A stretch of DNA of 63,391 nt, counting the filler, from Aduncisulcus paluster (taxonomy: Eukaryota), in assembly GCA_024181965.1 (NCBI GenBank). It is 6 parts of 6 records of this genome, joined end to end, with 100 filler letters (N's around TTAATTAATTAA, not from the genome) between each part and the next. Parts side by side here need not be neighbours in the genome. Positions count along the whole stretch, not along the records: positions 1 to 12,791 come from BQXS01012531.1; 5 more parts are not named here. One strand, written 5' to 3'. A model generated the notes under the pieces. It was not told where the DNA came from, ran no database searches, and worked only from the letters and a program-made list of their open reading frames with translations. The position numbers and the translations under genes were made by a program. Positions within the stretch are counted from its first letter, which is position 1; each line of letters begins with the position of its first letter. Below, piece after piece: positions 1 through 11,218 of this stretch.

Positions 1-733
1 CACCAGAAAACCAACCGACTAATATTCATAGACTACAACTAGAACTTAACAGCAGAGATCCAACACACATTGGGCTGAACGAGTTAACGATCACTTTGGA
101 TGGGGGGTGGGTCATAGATCACCAATGATTCGAACAAGAAGTTGTGTTGTTAATTCCTTTCGAAGACATCTTGGTAAGGAATTAAAAGCGAAAGAAAACA
201 AATAATAAACAAATAATAAACAAATAATAAACTGAATTAGTTTTTATCAATCGAGCAGAGAGCAGAGAAGAGTGAGAACGATTCGAGAAGCAAAGAAAAC
301 CAGAAGAATAGCTTCTCTGCCAAGAAGTCGATGATATATTCACAAAATTCATGGATTTCAACTGTAACTCATCAGCATATTTTGTCACCTTATAATCCAC
401 TATGTAAACAAATGTCGAAGTTATGAAACGATTTCGTGTCAGGAGTGGACTCACAAGGATGGCATGCAATATATGATAGAAAGAAAAATGACCATATAAA
501 TTTATTTATATATTGTATGATATTGCTTCCTGAGGTTGTCATTCGCGACTTTGTGTTTTCGTCTTCTGCTTTTCCTTCGTTGCAAGCAATTCAAGATTTA
601 CTGTATGTCATATATTTCATTAAATGCGCATTAAGACATATTTTATGCAATGTCATGCAATTATATTCACTGTATTGTAATTAACTTTTTGTTTTTTTCT
701 TTTTTCTTAGATTCCGACTCTTTTCCATTGTCA

Positions 734-1873
734 ATGAGTTCTTCGACCGATATACAAATTGTAAAACCTGAGTTTATAAAAAGATATGGATGTTATTGTC
801 CAATTCCTCGAGATGCCCCCAATATTAAGAGTTCAGACATCCCAAGTATCAAAGCAATCAATGGAACCAAGGAAGAAGATGACAAAGAGTACGATCAAAG
901 TGTTAAAGCACAAAAGATGATGAAAGGGGAGTATAATGATGGATTTTTTACCCATATCTCCATTCCTTTCTCCTCATCTTCTCAAATGAAAGGGGCTTAT
1001 ATCTGTCTAATTGGTGATTGGGATCCTCCAGAATATCTTATCTTCACTCTTACATCTTCAAAGGCCGGGAAAACAGCCAAGAAATACGAATTTCCTAAAT
1101 TTGAAGGTAGTCCTTGGTATTTTCTTCCCGTTGATCTCCCTGATGTTGTTTTGTGTGAGATTACAGGGAAAGGAAGAGAGGGAAAGAATTTTGGAATCCT
1201 CTCCCTCGTTTTCATTAGGGAAGAATCTTCTGAAGAAACCTTATCTCGTGAAGCCAGAGAGAAACTATGGTCTGAAACTCCAGTTGTGAAACCAGAGTTT
1301 ATAAAGGAAAGAGATGAAGAATCTGAAGGTAGAGATTCTATTCCCATTCTACGAGATGATCCCAAGCTTGTAGCTCCTTTATTCTCAATGGTTAAGTGCA
1401 AGAAAGATTCGGTTTGTAAGGAATCTGAGGAGTATGATAAGAGTTCAGAAGCACAAAGAATGTTAAAAGGAGAATGTTGTGTTTGTTTATCCCATCTTTT
1501 CGTTCCTTTTCCATCACCTAGTCCTCTGAAAAGTGCTTATATCTGTGTGAGTGAGTATGGCAGTTCACCCTCTCTACTATTCACTTTCACTGATTGTGAT
1601 GGCAAGAAGACATTCAAGAAGTATGAATTCACAAAACCTGAACATGATTATGAATGGTATTACCTTCCTATTGATTTGGATAATGTTGTAGTGTGTGAGA
1701 TTGAAGGGAAAGGAATGTGGTGTGATAAGGATTGTCGAATTTTCTTTGTCTACTCCCTTGTATTTACTATGCCAGAAGAAATAGTTGTGAGTGAACTATT
1801 ATCCCTTCTGCCATGGGAACATTCCAAAGATGATATCATGACAAAACTTGAGAATACATGCTTTTTTGGATAG
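734..1873 (+). CDS. Lineage-expanded hypothetical protein with two tandem ~170-aa repeat domains
   Basis: Two internal repeats (VKPEFIK..IPRD.P..EYD.S..AQ.M.KGE..H..PF.S...K.AYIC..L.FT....KKYEF.K...WY.LP.DL..VV.CEI.GKG). Likely start is ATG 734; a GTATGT..TAG intron at 603-710 probably lies in the 5' UTR. Confidence 0.8.
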   Translation: MSSSTDIQIVKPEFIKRYGCYCPIPRDAPNIKSSDIPSIKAINGTKEEDDKEYDQSVKAQKMMKGEYNDGFFTHISIPFSSSSQMKGAYICLIGDWDPPEYLIFTLTSSKAGKTAKKYEFPKFEGSPWYFLPVDLPDVVLCEITGKGREGKNFGILSLVFIREESSEETLSREAREKLWSETPVVKPEFIKERDEESEGRDSIPILRDDPKLVAPLFSMVKCKKDSVCKESEEYDKSSEAQRMLKGECCVCLSHLFVPFPSPSPLKSAYICVSEYGSSPSLLFTFTDCDGKKTFKKYEFTKPEHDYEWYYLPIDLDNVVVCEIEGKGMWCDKDCRIFFVYSLVFTMPEEIVVSELLSLLPWEHSKDDIMTKLENTCFFG

Positions 1874-2676
1874 GATCTGACATCTTGTGGAACCAAATCA
1901 TCTGGGAAAAGGATGACTTCATCTGAGAAATATTGAGTTTTCTGGTTGGAAATGCATCTTCATTATGGGGATTCTAACCCCTTAGCTCTGAGTGCATTTA
2001 CCATTATTTTGGTGAAGAATAATCATTATTCAATAATGAAATTCTCTTCGTTATGTTGGTGTTGTATACTATTCTATACTGTTAAGATATGATGAAGGGG
2101 AATGACTCTGGAGTAACTTCTGAAGAATACACTCAATTGAAGATTTATGAGTCACAAGGTTGTGACTACAAGATCTCTCTATGAGATTGGAATATATGCG
2201 ATTTATTCGTTTCCTGTCCCTGATATATAATTGAAAAGGAATAAAAATGAGTCGTTCATAAAGAACCAGGACCAGTCGACACTGTGATCGTCGCAAAACT
2301 GTGGAACCAGTGAAAACCTCCTTGATACCAAACTTATCATTATAATTTTCCAAATATTAAGGACAATAATAAGGCATGATATTATGACAAGTGTATTTAA
2401 ACCAAGAAAAACATTATTTACTTTTGCCAATTTTAAAATAAACAATAAATATCATATTTCATAAATATATTGTATAATTTATTTTAATATTTCTATTATT
2501 ATATTTTTTATTTTAATTTTTAATGATATAAATATATCAGTAGTTTTAAAATTTATTATGAATACAAAACTTTTCAAATTGTTCATAAAATATTGGGGCG
2601 ACGAAAGTGCAAACATCATTTCATCTCCACTACAGGCCTCTTCTTTGACTAATATTTGTAGTTAAAATCATTTCAA

Positions 2677-3078
2677 ATGGCTAGAGGAGAAAAAGGAACT
2701 AAATCCACCAAAACCGCCAAGACTTCCAAGACCGAATCCAAGGGAACCGGTGAGAAGAGAACCTCCAAGAAGAAGAGGATCGAGACCTTCCACTCTTACA
2801 TTTACCGTGTTCTTCGTGATGTTCACGGAGAGAAGTTCGGTATCACCAACAAGGGTATGGCTATCATGAACTCCATGGTTAACGATCTTTTCACTCGTGT
2901 TGCTTCTCGTTCTTCCGAGCTCGTCCGTATGAACAAGCGTACCACTCTCACTGCTGATGAGGTTGCTACCGCCGTCAAGCTTGAGTTCCCTGGAGAGCTT
3001 GCTATGCACGCTGTCGGTGAAGGAAACAAGGCTGTCTCCAAATACTTCGCTTCCAAGAAGGCTGGTGACACTGAATAG
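2677..3078 (+). CDS. H2B: Histone H2B
   Basis: Lys-rich tail plus ETFHSYIYRVLRDVH..GITNKGMAIMNSMVNDLF..TLT..EVATAVKL.FPGELAMHAVGEGNKAVSKY; biased codon usage typical of a highly expressed gene. Confidence 0.97.
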   Translation: MARGEKGTKSTKTAKTSKTESKGTGEKRTSKKKRIETFHSYIYRVLRDVHGEKFGITNKGMAIMNSMVNDLFTRVASRSSELVRMNKRTTLTADEVATAVKLEFPGELAMHAVGEGNKAVSKYFASKKAGDTE

Positions 3079-3322
3079 ACACAATTGTCATCTACATAAC
3101 TCATATTTTTTTCAACAATTGATCAATTTTCAAAAATTTAAACCGTTAACGGGAACCGCACTGTGTAGTAAATTCACAATGATTTTTTCGATGATAATAT
3201 GATTAGCTTGGGCTCTTTTATCATCTGTTGCGATGAATTCTTTCCAATTTATCAAATGATCAGTGAAAACTTCAAAATACTGATGAATAAAAGACAAAAC
3301 CTATTTTAATTAGATTTCTTTA

Positions 3323-4747
3323 TTAAATTTCATAGAAATCACCATCAAGATCACCTGAGAATGCAGAAATCTCAACAGCACAGAGATCAGTTCTTGAAGC
3401 TCTCCAATTTCCAGTTCTTCCAGAGAATGTCACAACAAATATTGTCTCAGTTTTCTCTTCAGCAGATTCCTTAATGGTGATATCCTCAATAACACCAATA
3501 TCGTACTTGGATACCTGTCCCCATCCAAGCTTTGGCTCCACAGACAGAGGAATCACACAAACATGATCTCCTTGAGTAAGCGGACACTTGTATGGCTCAT
3601 CCTTCACTTTAACATTCATTCCATCGAATGTACGGGCCTCAGGAGGTAACACAACAGAGCCACCCTTTCCTGTGGGTTTCTCAAGCTGGAAAGCATACCT
3701 AATGTAATCAATCATGAGTTCCTTGGACATGCGGAGGTGAAGACCATCTCTGACAACCTTCTCAGCCTCACTGTCAAGCACAGAGAAGACAGATTCACGC
3801 ACAGCAGGGAGACATGACTCATTCGCCCATTGGATAAGATTGACGGAGGGTTTCTCTGTTTTAAGAGCCAAAAGTTGGGCATCAGCAATATCAGCAAGGC
3901 CAGGAACACCCATAACACGAGATAATTTCCTGATTTGCTGGATGAAAGGGGGGAGAGATTCACTTCCAGTTTTGGTGGCCTCATGGACGGTTGAAGCGAG
4001 ATCCATTTTCTGGATGATGGGGCCAGAAAGAGCAGTGTAAGCGTAGAATATCAAAGAACGAAGAACCTCAACATTCATTTCCATCTCGGGAATGTACAAT
4101 TCATTGGTTTCCTCGACGAAATACTCATTGAAATGATGAAGTCTCAAAGACAAGATAAATTTATGGGCCGGAAAACGATATTCCTTATCCTTGGCTTTCA
4201 TAACAACCTCCATATCAGGCTCAACAGTTGATGGTCCTTTTTTGGAGTCGTGAGGAACTATTTCTGGTGGAAGAAGAGCAAGAAGGGATTCTTGAAGGTA
4301 TTTAAGATGACGTTCTTTTGCAATCTTCACTTTTCCAGTGGCATCTTGTCTTGTAGGAGTGAGCTCATGAATGGCAAAGTTAGAAATATTTACACCTTCA
4401 TCACAAGGTTCAAAAGAAATGTCAATATTGTCAACAAATGTTTGAGGACCAGAAACATAAGTAATGATATCCTTGGCCAAAGAAACCTTCTTGGAAACGA
4501 CTTTCTGTACCTCTTCGGAATTGTAAGAAAAAATGGTAGTAATTTCAACAGGCTGAGAACCAACTCCTCTAATACCAACTCCACCAACGATTTCGCGGAA
4601 TGGAAAAACAAGAGAAAATCCCTTGGGGGATTTAAGAGGGCCTGAATAGGCCTTTTCACTCAAGCGGAGAGAAGACTTTCCATCCATAACATTATATTTT
4701 GAAATTAGGGAAAATTTACCCAATTCTTTTTGGTCAATCCTTGACAT
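3323..4747 (-). CDS. BTB/POZ-domain protein with C-terminal KEG/HERC2-type SH3-like repeat
   Basis: PDMEVV..FPAHKFILSLR..F..YF..VLRSLIFYAYT matches BTB. C-terminal GDHVCV..SVEPKLGWGQV...IGVI..VVTF...NW.ASRTDL resembles the HERC2/KEG SH3-like repeat. Confidence 0.8.
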   Translation of the reverse strand: MSRIDQKELGKFSLISKYNVMDGKSSLRLSEKAYSGPLKSPKGFSLVFPFREIVGGVGIRGVGSQPVEITTIFSYNSEEVQKVVSKKVSLAKDIITYVSGPQTFVDNIDISFEPCDEGVNISNFAIHELTPTRQDATGKVKIAKERHLKYLQESLLALLPPEIVPHDSKKGPSTVEPDMEVVMKAKDKEYRFPAHKFILSLRLHHFNEYFVEETNELYIPEMEMNVEVLRSLIFYAYTALSGPIIQKMDLASTVHEATKTGSESLPPFIQQIRKLSRVMGVPGLADIADAQLLALKTEKPSVNLIQWANESCLPAVRESVFSVLDSEAEKVVRDGLHLRMSKELMIDYIRYAFQLEKPTGKGGSVVLPPEARTFDGMNVKVKDEPYKCPLTQGDHVCVIPLSVEPKLGWGQVSKYDIGVIEDITIKESAEEKTETIFVVTFSGRTGNWRASRTDLCAVEISAFSGDLDGDFYEI

Positions 4748-5134
4748 GTGGATACAAGTGAAGCAAAACTACTTTTGTCTTGCCGACCACCGAACAAGAA
4801 ATGAACAAGCCGTTGAAATAAGAATCAAATAAAGTATTTTGAGCAAGATTTTTAAATTATTTTGCATTCTTTTTTATTTTAAGAAAAGAGATTTGCTAAT
4901 TTTCGTTAAGATAAAGATTGAAATTCAAAATGATTGTAATATCTGAGATATACATTATATGGAAGCCATTGTCCAAAATAATAATCAAAAATAGAGCATT
5001 TATTAAGATTAATAGATTATTTTTGGCATATAACCCAGGAGCACCATGATAACTTTTCTAAAATCAAATAGCAATGATTTGGGGCCATTATTAACAAAGG
5101 TTCATATATTTAATCAATTTAGTATTTTAACAGA

Positions 5135-5505
5135 ATGAATGGCGAAGAAACCGAGCAAGTATGTTCCCCTTTTCAGGTTTAATGTTAAATACATCTTCCC
5201 TTGTTCTGTTAATTTTTATCCATTAGGAATTACTGAAACTGAAATCTCTGTTAGCTGAAATATCTCTATTAGCCTCAGATTCATCTTATGAAGATGGGGT
5301 TGCTCTCCTAACTGAAAAATGTAAACAATTTAAATCCATGCTTCTTCACGTTCGTCAAAATATGATTGATCGAACAGACACCCTCCATCTTACTCTTCCT
5401 TCAAATATTGAACGTTATACCTTGCATTTGATGAGTGAAGTTGATACTATGCGGATGGAAGGTTCAAAAGCTGATTTAGAATCGATTTCGGATCTATTAA
5501 AATGA
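5135..5505 (+). CDS. Small 100-aa hypothetical helical protein (2 exons: 5135-5158, 5227-5505)
   Basis: ATG exon followed by a 68-nt GTATGT..CATTAG intron joins in frame to a stop-free exon: MNGEETEQ/ELLKLKSLLAEISLL...SISDLLK. Not in the ORF track. Confidence 0.75.
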
Positions 5506-5871
5506 ATCCAAGGAATCATTTTGATATTTTTGTTGCCTCTTTTATCTTAGTTTGACTGTTTACCTCTGCATAGAGCTGTGGACAAACTCAATAATCTCAT
5601 AGATATAAAATTTATAATATAAATATTGTTTCTCTTGAATTTTTTTCAGTATAGTCAGAAAAGATCTGTATTTTTCTTTCAATATCTAACAAAAAGAGTG
5701 AAAACAAATATTTTATTAATTATTGAATGATTTTGAAGGCCTTTGGCAAAGATGCAACAACACTCAGCCAACTGAATTATATTGAAATATTCTTAATGCT
5801 TTCTAAAAAAAGTTATTTAAAAACACTTAATTATTATTAATAATAAAACTATATTTCAGCACCCCCCCCCC

Positions 5872-8800
5872 TTATTCCACCAAACCTTCAACCTCGCCTT
5901 GTTGAGAATCCAAATGGAGAGTTGATTCCATATTTGAAATAGAATCCTTTAACTTCATTGCCTTTCCATGTCTATTCTTCTTTTTCTTTGTCCATTTTGA
6001 ACTCGAGACTTCCGGCAAATCATCAACATGCTCCATCTCTTCTTTTTGTACCTCTGAACGAATAGACACGTCCGAGTGTTGTTCACTATCATGGAGCTCA
6101 GAATGATGCTCTGAATAATTATTTTCGTCAAGTCCCCCCTGTTCCATTCCTGGAGAGCTAGGTCTCGAGTGAAATCTTGTTGAGTCTCGAGGACTATCAT
6201 CTTGTTCTTGATCTTTTGATTTTGTGATCTTATCCTCACATTCGGGAGTCAAAGAATGATAATGATCTTTCTCAGCATGCTCTTCCTGCCTTGCTATCTC
6301 AACGCCTTCAGAGATAGCTGGTTTACAGGTCTCAGAATCAGCATCAATGGTCGTTCCTGAAGATATCGAATCGGAACCCCCAGTGAATATATCAGTAACC
6401 TGTGTTACAGTTGGTTCAGGAGACAAGGGACATTCAGAGACCAGATCGACTTCTTTGGTATGAAGATGTGATATATCACTCATCTTGGACAAGTCAGCAC
6501 CATCCACATGATCTGTCTCAGTATTTAATGTATGATACTGCATTGAATCTTCTTGACTATCACGAGAACCTGCTTCACGATGCAATATATAAGATTCTTC
6601 TTCATGCTCAGAATCATAAAAAGCTATCGCAGAAGCAGCTGGGAGGATCGAAAGATCTTCTCTTGAACCATTAGAAGCTAACTGAATTCGATGGTCCTTT
6701 CCATCACAATCATTTGATTCTTCCTCTTCCACGAAACCTTCCTCTTCTTCCTCTTCTTCCACCAAACCTTCCTCTTCTTCTTCCTCTTCTTGTTCTTCCT
6801 CTTCTTGTTCTTCCTCTTCTTGTTCTTCTTCTTGTGTTTTCATTTCATGTTCTTCTCCCTCTTTTTTATCCCCTTCTTCATGTGACATTTCTAACTGAGA
6901 ACTATTCCGGCATTCTTCTTCTTCCTTTTCCGGACAAGTATCAATGGATTCTTCCTCTTTCTTATTTTTGACTGAGTTTGAAGAACTCAATCCAAAGAAT
7001 AAAGAAACGGGTAGAGATGCAATGATGGATGACGATGAAATGGAATGATAAGATCCCTGTGGTGGTGTTGGTCGTTGTTCATGTTCTTTCTCAGAATCTA
7101 TATTTGGAATATTGGCACCCTTTCTGTCATCCTCTTTATCTCTTTCCCCGTGCTTTTGTTGTTCTGACGGATGATAATCCTTCTGTTGCTGCTGATCGAC
7201 ATGTCCTTCATAAATATCAAGGGATGGAGGCAGCATCGATTGTTTTGACAGGACGGACAGAGTTGAATATTGTTGACTTTGTGCATTTCTCTGATCACCA
7301 TCTAAACTAGGGCCATGGTGTGACACAGGAATAAGAACTCCAGAACTGCCTCTCTCTTCTTCTTCCTCCTCTTCTTCTTCTTCCTCTTCTTCTTCTTCAG
7401 ATTCATCATCAATGTGTTCAACATTAAGAACAAGAGGACCTTCCAACACCACATGTGACCCCTCAGGAAGATCTGAAGGCTCAGATTCAGATTCATGAGA
7501 AGAGGAGGAAGCTGAAGAAGTTGTGATCTGAGAAAGAACAGAAATAGACGTAATATTATCCTTTTGTGCAGGAACTCTTGAAATACTATTCTTGGAGGGA
7601 GGTCTATTAGAAATCACTGTACCTCCCAATAATCTTGAAGTTCTCGAACTTTTCCGGCGTTCTTCCTGGATGCGATATGTGAGCTCTTCTCTCCATTTTC
7701 TCTCCCGTTCTTTTGTCTTACGATCTTCTTCCTTTCTTGATTCTTTCAGAGTATCTCCGCAACTCAAGAAACTAGAACACAACAAGGCACTATTCCGGCG
7801 AAGGCAAGGGAATCGTTTGAGAGTTTGAAGCTCATAAGAGATCGGAACAGGCTTCAAATGGAAGCATAATAGAGACATCGGAGCCTGGGGAGGCAATAAA
7901 GAAACAGGAAGCTCAGGCAAAAACCCATATGGAGAGGAAACCTTCATATCCTTTGAATTATCTTTTAATTTCATTGGCTTGCCATCAGATCCAGAGTTAC
8001 AGTTAATACGTGAACTTGCAGATGGAGAACTACGAGCAGTGACCATTTCTGTTCCAGCATGTTTTGAATCAGTCAAAGGATGCCGAATAACCATCTGAAC
8101 ATCGTCTGAGAACGTACTTTCCAGATCTTCTGCCAAATCTATATGAAATAGGGCCTTGTCGAGTTGTTTTGTCATCTCACGTTTCATTTGGACATCAAGC
8201 TCTTTCTCAGCTTCCAAAGCGAGCTTTTTGGCATCTTTAATAAGTTGAAAAGTGGTCTTATTCTCCCTTTTTAAGTGTTTATGGAAGCGATGTAACAGAA
8301 CAATGAATATCATGACGGGAATATTGAGTAAAAAAAATAATGAAGCGTTAATCAAGTTCATGCCTGGTTTAACATTAGTATTGCCACTAAATAACCATGA
8401 AAGACTTGAAGATTCAGCAACAGCAAAACAAGAAACGAGAATGCCAAATCCGAAAGCAAAAATTGCTAAAATTTCATATATTGAAAGTAAAAATATAAAT
8501 GAAGTAAAATATTTATAATTCTTTTTGCCGACACAGGTATTTAACCAAATACAATGATGATCAAATCTTGTCACACATCTTGAGCAAAAGAAACAATGTT
8601 TGGTATCAAAATCCACATAGAGAGAACATTTCCGGCACAAATATCTTCTATCGTCATCATGGGAAACCTGCAAACGTCGTTTGGGATCCTGGATAGTCAA
8701 CAAATACTCATCAGAAGGATTGGTCCCCATCGTAAAACCTGCGAATATCATCGAAGTAAGAAAAGAAAGAGCAAGAATAACTACAATGATAATAAAAAGA

Positions 8801-8973
8801 ATCTTTGGTAGTATCATTAGAGTTAATACTGAGATACAAAATGAAGATATTAATAATATTACAGCACTCACAAATTGAATGGGATATGGTGGTTGAAATC
8901 CAGTTTTTCTTGGATTATCCAGAGCTCTTTGCCCTTTAAATAGTTTGTCTCCGAAAGATATGGATTGACTCAT
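5872..8973 (-). CDS. DHHC palmitoyltransferase (ZDHHC1/11-like N-terminus) with very long acidic disordered tail
   Basis: CRKC..KHCFFCSRCVTRFDHHCIWLNTCVGKKNYKYF, four hydrophobic segments, a TTF motif after TM4 and poly-Glu tracts. Confidence 0.93.
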   Translation of the reverse strand: MSQSISFGDKLFKGQRALDNPRKTGFQPPYPIQFVSAVILLISSFCISVLTLMILPKILFIIIVVILALSFLTSMIFAGFTMGTNPSDEYLLTIQDPKRRLQVSHDDDRRYLCRKCSLYVDFDTKHCFFCSRCVTRFDHHCIWLNTCVGKKNYKYFTSFIFLLSIYEILAIFAFGFGILVSCFAVAESSSLSWLFSGNTNVKPGMNLINASLFFLLNIPVMIFIVLLHRFHKHLKRENKTTFQLIKDAKKLALEAEKELDVQMKREMTKQLDKALFHIDLAEDLESTFSDDVQMVIRHPLTDSKHAGTEMVTARSSPSASSRINCNSGSDGKPMKLKDNSKDMKVSSPYGFLPELPVSLLPPQAPMSLLCFHLKPVPISYELQTLKRFPCLRRNSALLCSSFLSCGDTLKESRKEEDRKTKERERKWREELTYRIQEERRKSSRTSRLLGGTVISNRPPSKNSISRVPAQKDNITSISVLSQITTSSASSSSHESESEPSDLPEGSHVVLEGPLVLNVEHIDDESEEEEEEEEEEEEEEERGSSGVLIPVSHHGPSLDGDQRNAQSQQYSTLSVLSKQSMLPPSLDIYEGHVDQQQQKDYHPSEQQKHGERDKEDDRKGANIPNIDSEKEHEQRPTPPQGSYHSISSSSIIASLPVSLFFGLSSSNSVKNKKEEESIDTCPEKEEEECRNSSQLEMSHEEGDKKEGEEHEMKTQEEEQEEEEQEEEEQEEEEEEEGLVEEEEEEEGFVEEEESNDCDGKDHRIQLASNGSREDLSILPAASAIAFYDSEHEEESYILHREAGSRDSQEDSMQYHTLNTETDHVDGADLSKMSDISHLHTKEVDLVSECPLSPEPTVTQVTDIFTGGSDSISSGTTIDADSETCKPAISEGVEIARQEEHAEKDHYHSLTPECEDKITKSKDQEQDDSPRDSTRFHSRPSSPGMEQGGLDENNYSEHHSELHDSEQHSDVSIRSEVQKEEMEHVDDLPEVSSSKWTKKKKNRHGKAMKLKDSISNMESTLHLDSQQGEVEGLVE

Positions 8974-9116
8974 CCAATAATATCAAAAACCTTAACCAAT
9001 GGTCAAAAAGCAATAATAACACGAAATAGTTAAAATATTAGTGATTAATGAGATACAAAAATATCAATATGGGTATAATAATAAGACCTGAGTTACCCAA
9101 CGAACGAAAACGGGTT

Positions 9117-9750
9117 TTACACTCGATTGTCATTTTATTTTAAATAATATCATATTTCAACAGATAATTCATATACTACTGCATGTAAAATAATAACTCC
9201 AGATAATAAAATCTTATAAACATGTTCCATCGTACTGATTCAGGATTCGGATTTCCCTGCATCACACTTAAAGTTTTACCAAAAGCAAATAAGGTGTTGG
9301 ATATCAAAAGAATGAAATAAGATAAAAAGCAGTTATAATTAGAACTAATTATCTGTATTGCACTCGTAACAAAATTCGACCACATTTGATCCGTTTTCCT
9401 TGAAGTTTATTCAACAATATCACNNNNNNNNNNNNNNNNNNNNTTACACTCGATTGTCATTTTATTTTAAATAATATCATATTTCAACAGATAATTCATA
9501 TACTACTGCATGTAAAATAATAACTCCAGATAATAAAATCTTATAAACATGTTCCATCGTACTGATTCAGGATTCGGATTTCCCTGCATCACACTTAAAG
9601 TTTTACCAAAAGCAAATAAGGTGTTGGATATCAAAAGAATGAAATAAGATAAATAGCAGTTATAATTAGAACTAATTATCTGTATTGCACTCGTAACAAA
9701 ATTCGACCACATTTGATCCGTTTTCCTTGAAGTTTATTCAACAATATCAC
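9117..9750. repeat. 307-bp duplication flanking a 20-N gap (assembly overlap, 1 SNP)
   Basis: 9117-9423 equals 9444-9750 except gataaaaagc vs gataaatagc. Confidence 0.9.
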
Positions 9751-9794
9751 CACAATTTTCCATATTTTTATATCATCAATCTATTTAAGTTATC

Positions 9795-10856
9795 ATGAAG
9801 AAGAGGGAAACAGAAGATTCTGAAGTTAAGCCAATCCCAGCTGTTACTGCGAAATGGTATGAGAATACAACAATTTCCGACCATACTTTTATGGTCAAAG
9901 CACAAAAAGCCCCCCGAGTAAGATTAAATCCTCAAGAATATACAGTTGGCACTTTATTTGCTCTTCTCAAAGCCCCACACCGTCCTTATGGTCTTCTCAA
10001 AGGATACAAAAAGAAAGATAAAGATCCAACAGATCCTAGATTATATACAGTTGTGAATATATCTTCCCAATCTCTTGGTGTTAAATATCAGTACTCTGAA
10101 CTTATGCATTTCTTCCATTTAATTCGACCTTATGTTGAAGAACTCAATATATCTGCAAATAATCTATCATCATTACCTTCAATCACATTTCCGAACTTGA
10201 TTTCTTTGAATGTATCATCCAATCCCCTTCCACCAGGTTCAAAACTCCCAAAAATGCCCAAGTTATGTTCATTGAATGTATCAGACACATTTCTCTCAAT
10301 AGATGACATGAAAGAGATTAAATCAAAGTGCCCAAAGCTCCAAAGACTCGTGGCCAGGGATACCAAGTTCGAATTATTAGGTTCAAGCGTATCAACTAAA
10401 TTGAAGAAACTTATTACTTTTAATGGACAATCATGCGCTTTTCTGAGAGATAAGGATGAGAAACCANNNNNNNNNNNNNNNNNNNNGATTTCTTTGAATG
10501 TATCATCCAATCCCCTTCCACCAGGTTCAAAACTCCCAAAAATGCCCAAGTTATGTTCATTGAATGTATCAGACACATTTCTCTCAATAGATGACATGAA
10601 AGAGATTAAATCAAAGTGCCCAAAGCTCCAAAGACTCGTGGCCAGGGATACCAAGTTCGAATTATTAGGTTCAAGCGTATCAACTAAATTGAAGAAACTT
10701 ATTACTTTTAATGGACAATCATGCGCTTTTCTGAGAGATAAGGATGAGAAACCATCGAAAAAATCTGAAATTGAAACATCAAGATCCACATTACCAACAG
10801 ATCAACCGAAAGTCGGAGAATTAGCCAGTGTTATTGCTATTCAACCGGTTGAATAA
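9795..10856 (+). CDS. Leucine-rich repeat protein (true length shorter; internal duplication across a gap)
   Basis: ELNISANNLSSLP, LISLNVSSNPL and LCSLNVSDTFL LRR motifs; about 10199-10466 is repeated after the N gap. Confidence 0.85.
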   Translation: MKKRETEDSEVKPIPAVTAKWYENTTISDHTFMVKAQKAPRVRLNPQEYTVGTLFALLKAPHRPYGLLKGYKKKDKDPTDPRLYTVVNISSQSLGVKYQYSELMHFFHLIRPYVEELNISANNLSSLPSITFPNLISLNVSSNPLPPGSKLPKMPKLCSLNVSDTFLSIDDMKEIKSKCPKLQRLVARDTKFELLGSSVSTKLKKLITFNGQSCAFLRDKDEKPXXXXXXXISLNVSSNPLPPGSKLPKMPKLCSLNVSDTFLSIDDMKEIKSKCPKLQRLVARDTKFELLGSSVSTKLKKLITFNGQSCAFLRDKDEKPSKKSEIETSRSTLPTDQPKVGELASVIAIQPVE

Positions 10857-11218
10857 GCAACAGTATACTATAATTTAGTATTTATTTGCAATTAATGGAT
10901 AATTTTTCGTCTTGTTAACTCGTACTGAGTTCATATTTTCTACCAGTATTGACTTAATAGAAAGAAGAAAATAGAACAATATCAAGAAGAAACATGGTTA
11001 ATTTCCTCTCTCTTGAGGGGAATATTTTCCTTGATGCTGTGAAACTTTGAACTATGGATGGGATTTTCATTTTCCTGTGTTTTAGTCACCATTATCAATT
11101 GTTTTTATTATTTTAGTAAATTATGAGTTATTTTAATAATAATGAGGTTGGAATTTTCTTTTGATTCAGATGACAATCCCCCTATTTTGCAAAATGCGTG
11201 TTTTCGTTGGCAATCAAA

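Noticed and set aside
3210..3226. GGCTCTTTT resembling the histone 3' stem-loop
   Set aside because: The complementary AGAGCC arm is absent.
9176..9712. Two 69-aa ORFs
   Set aside because: AT-rich intergenic ORF duplicated by the assembly; no support as genes.
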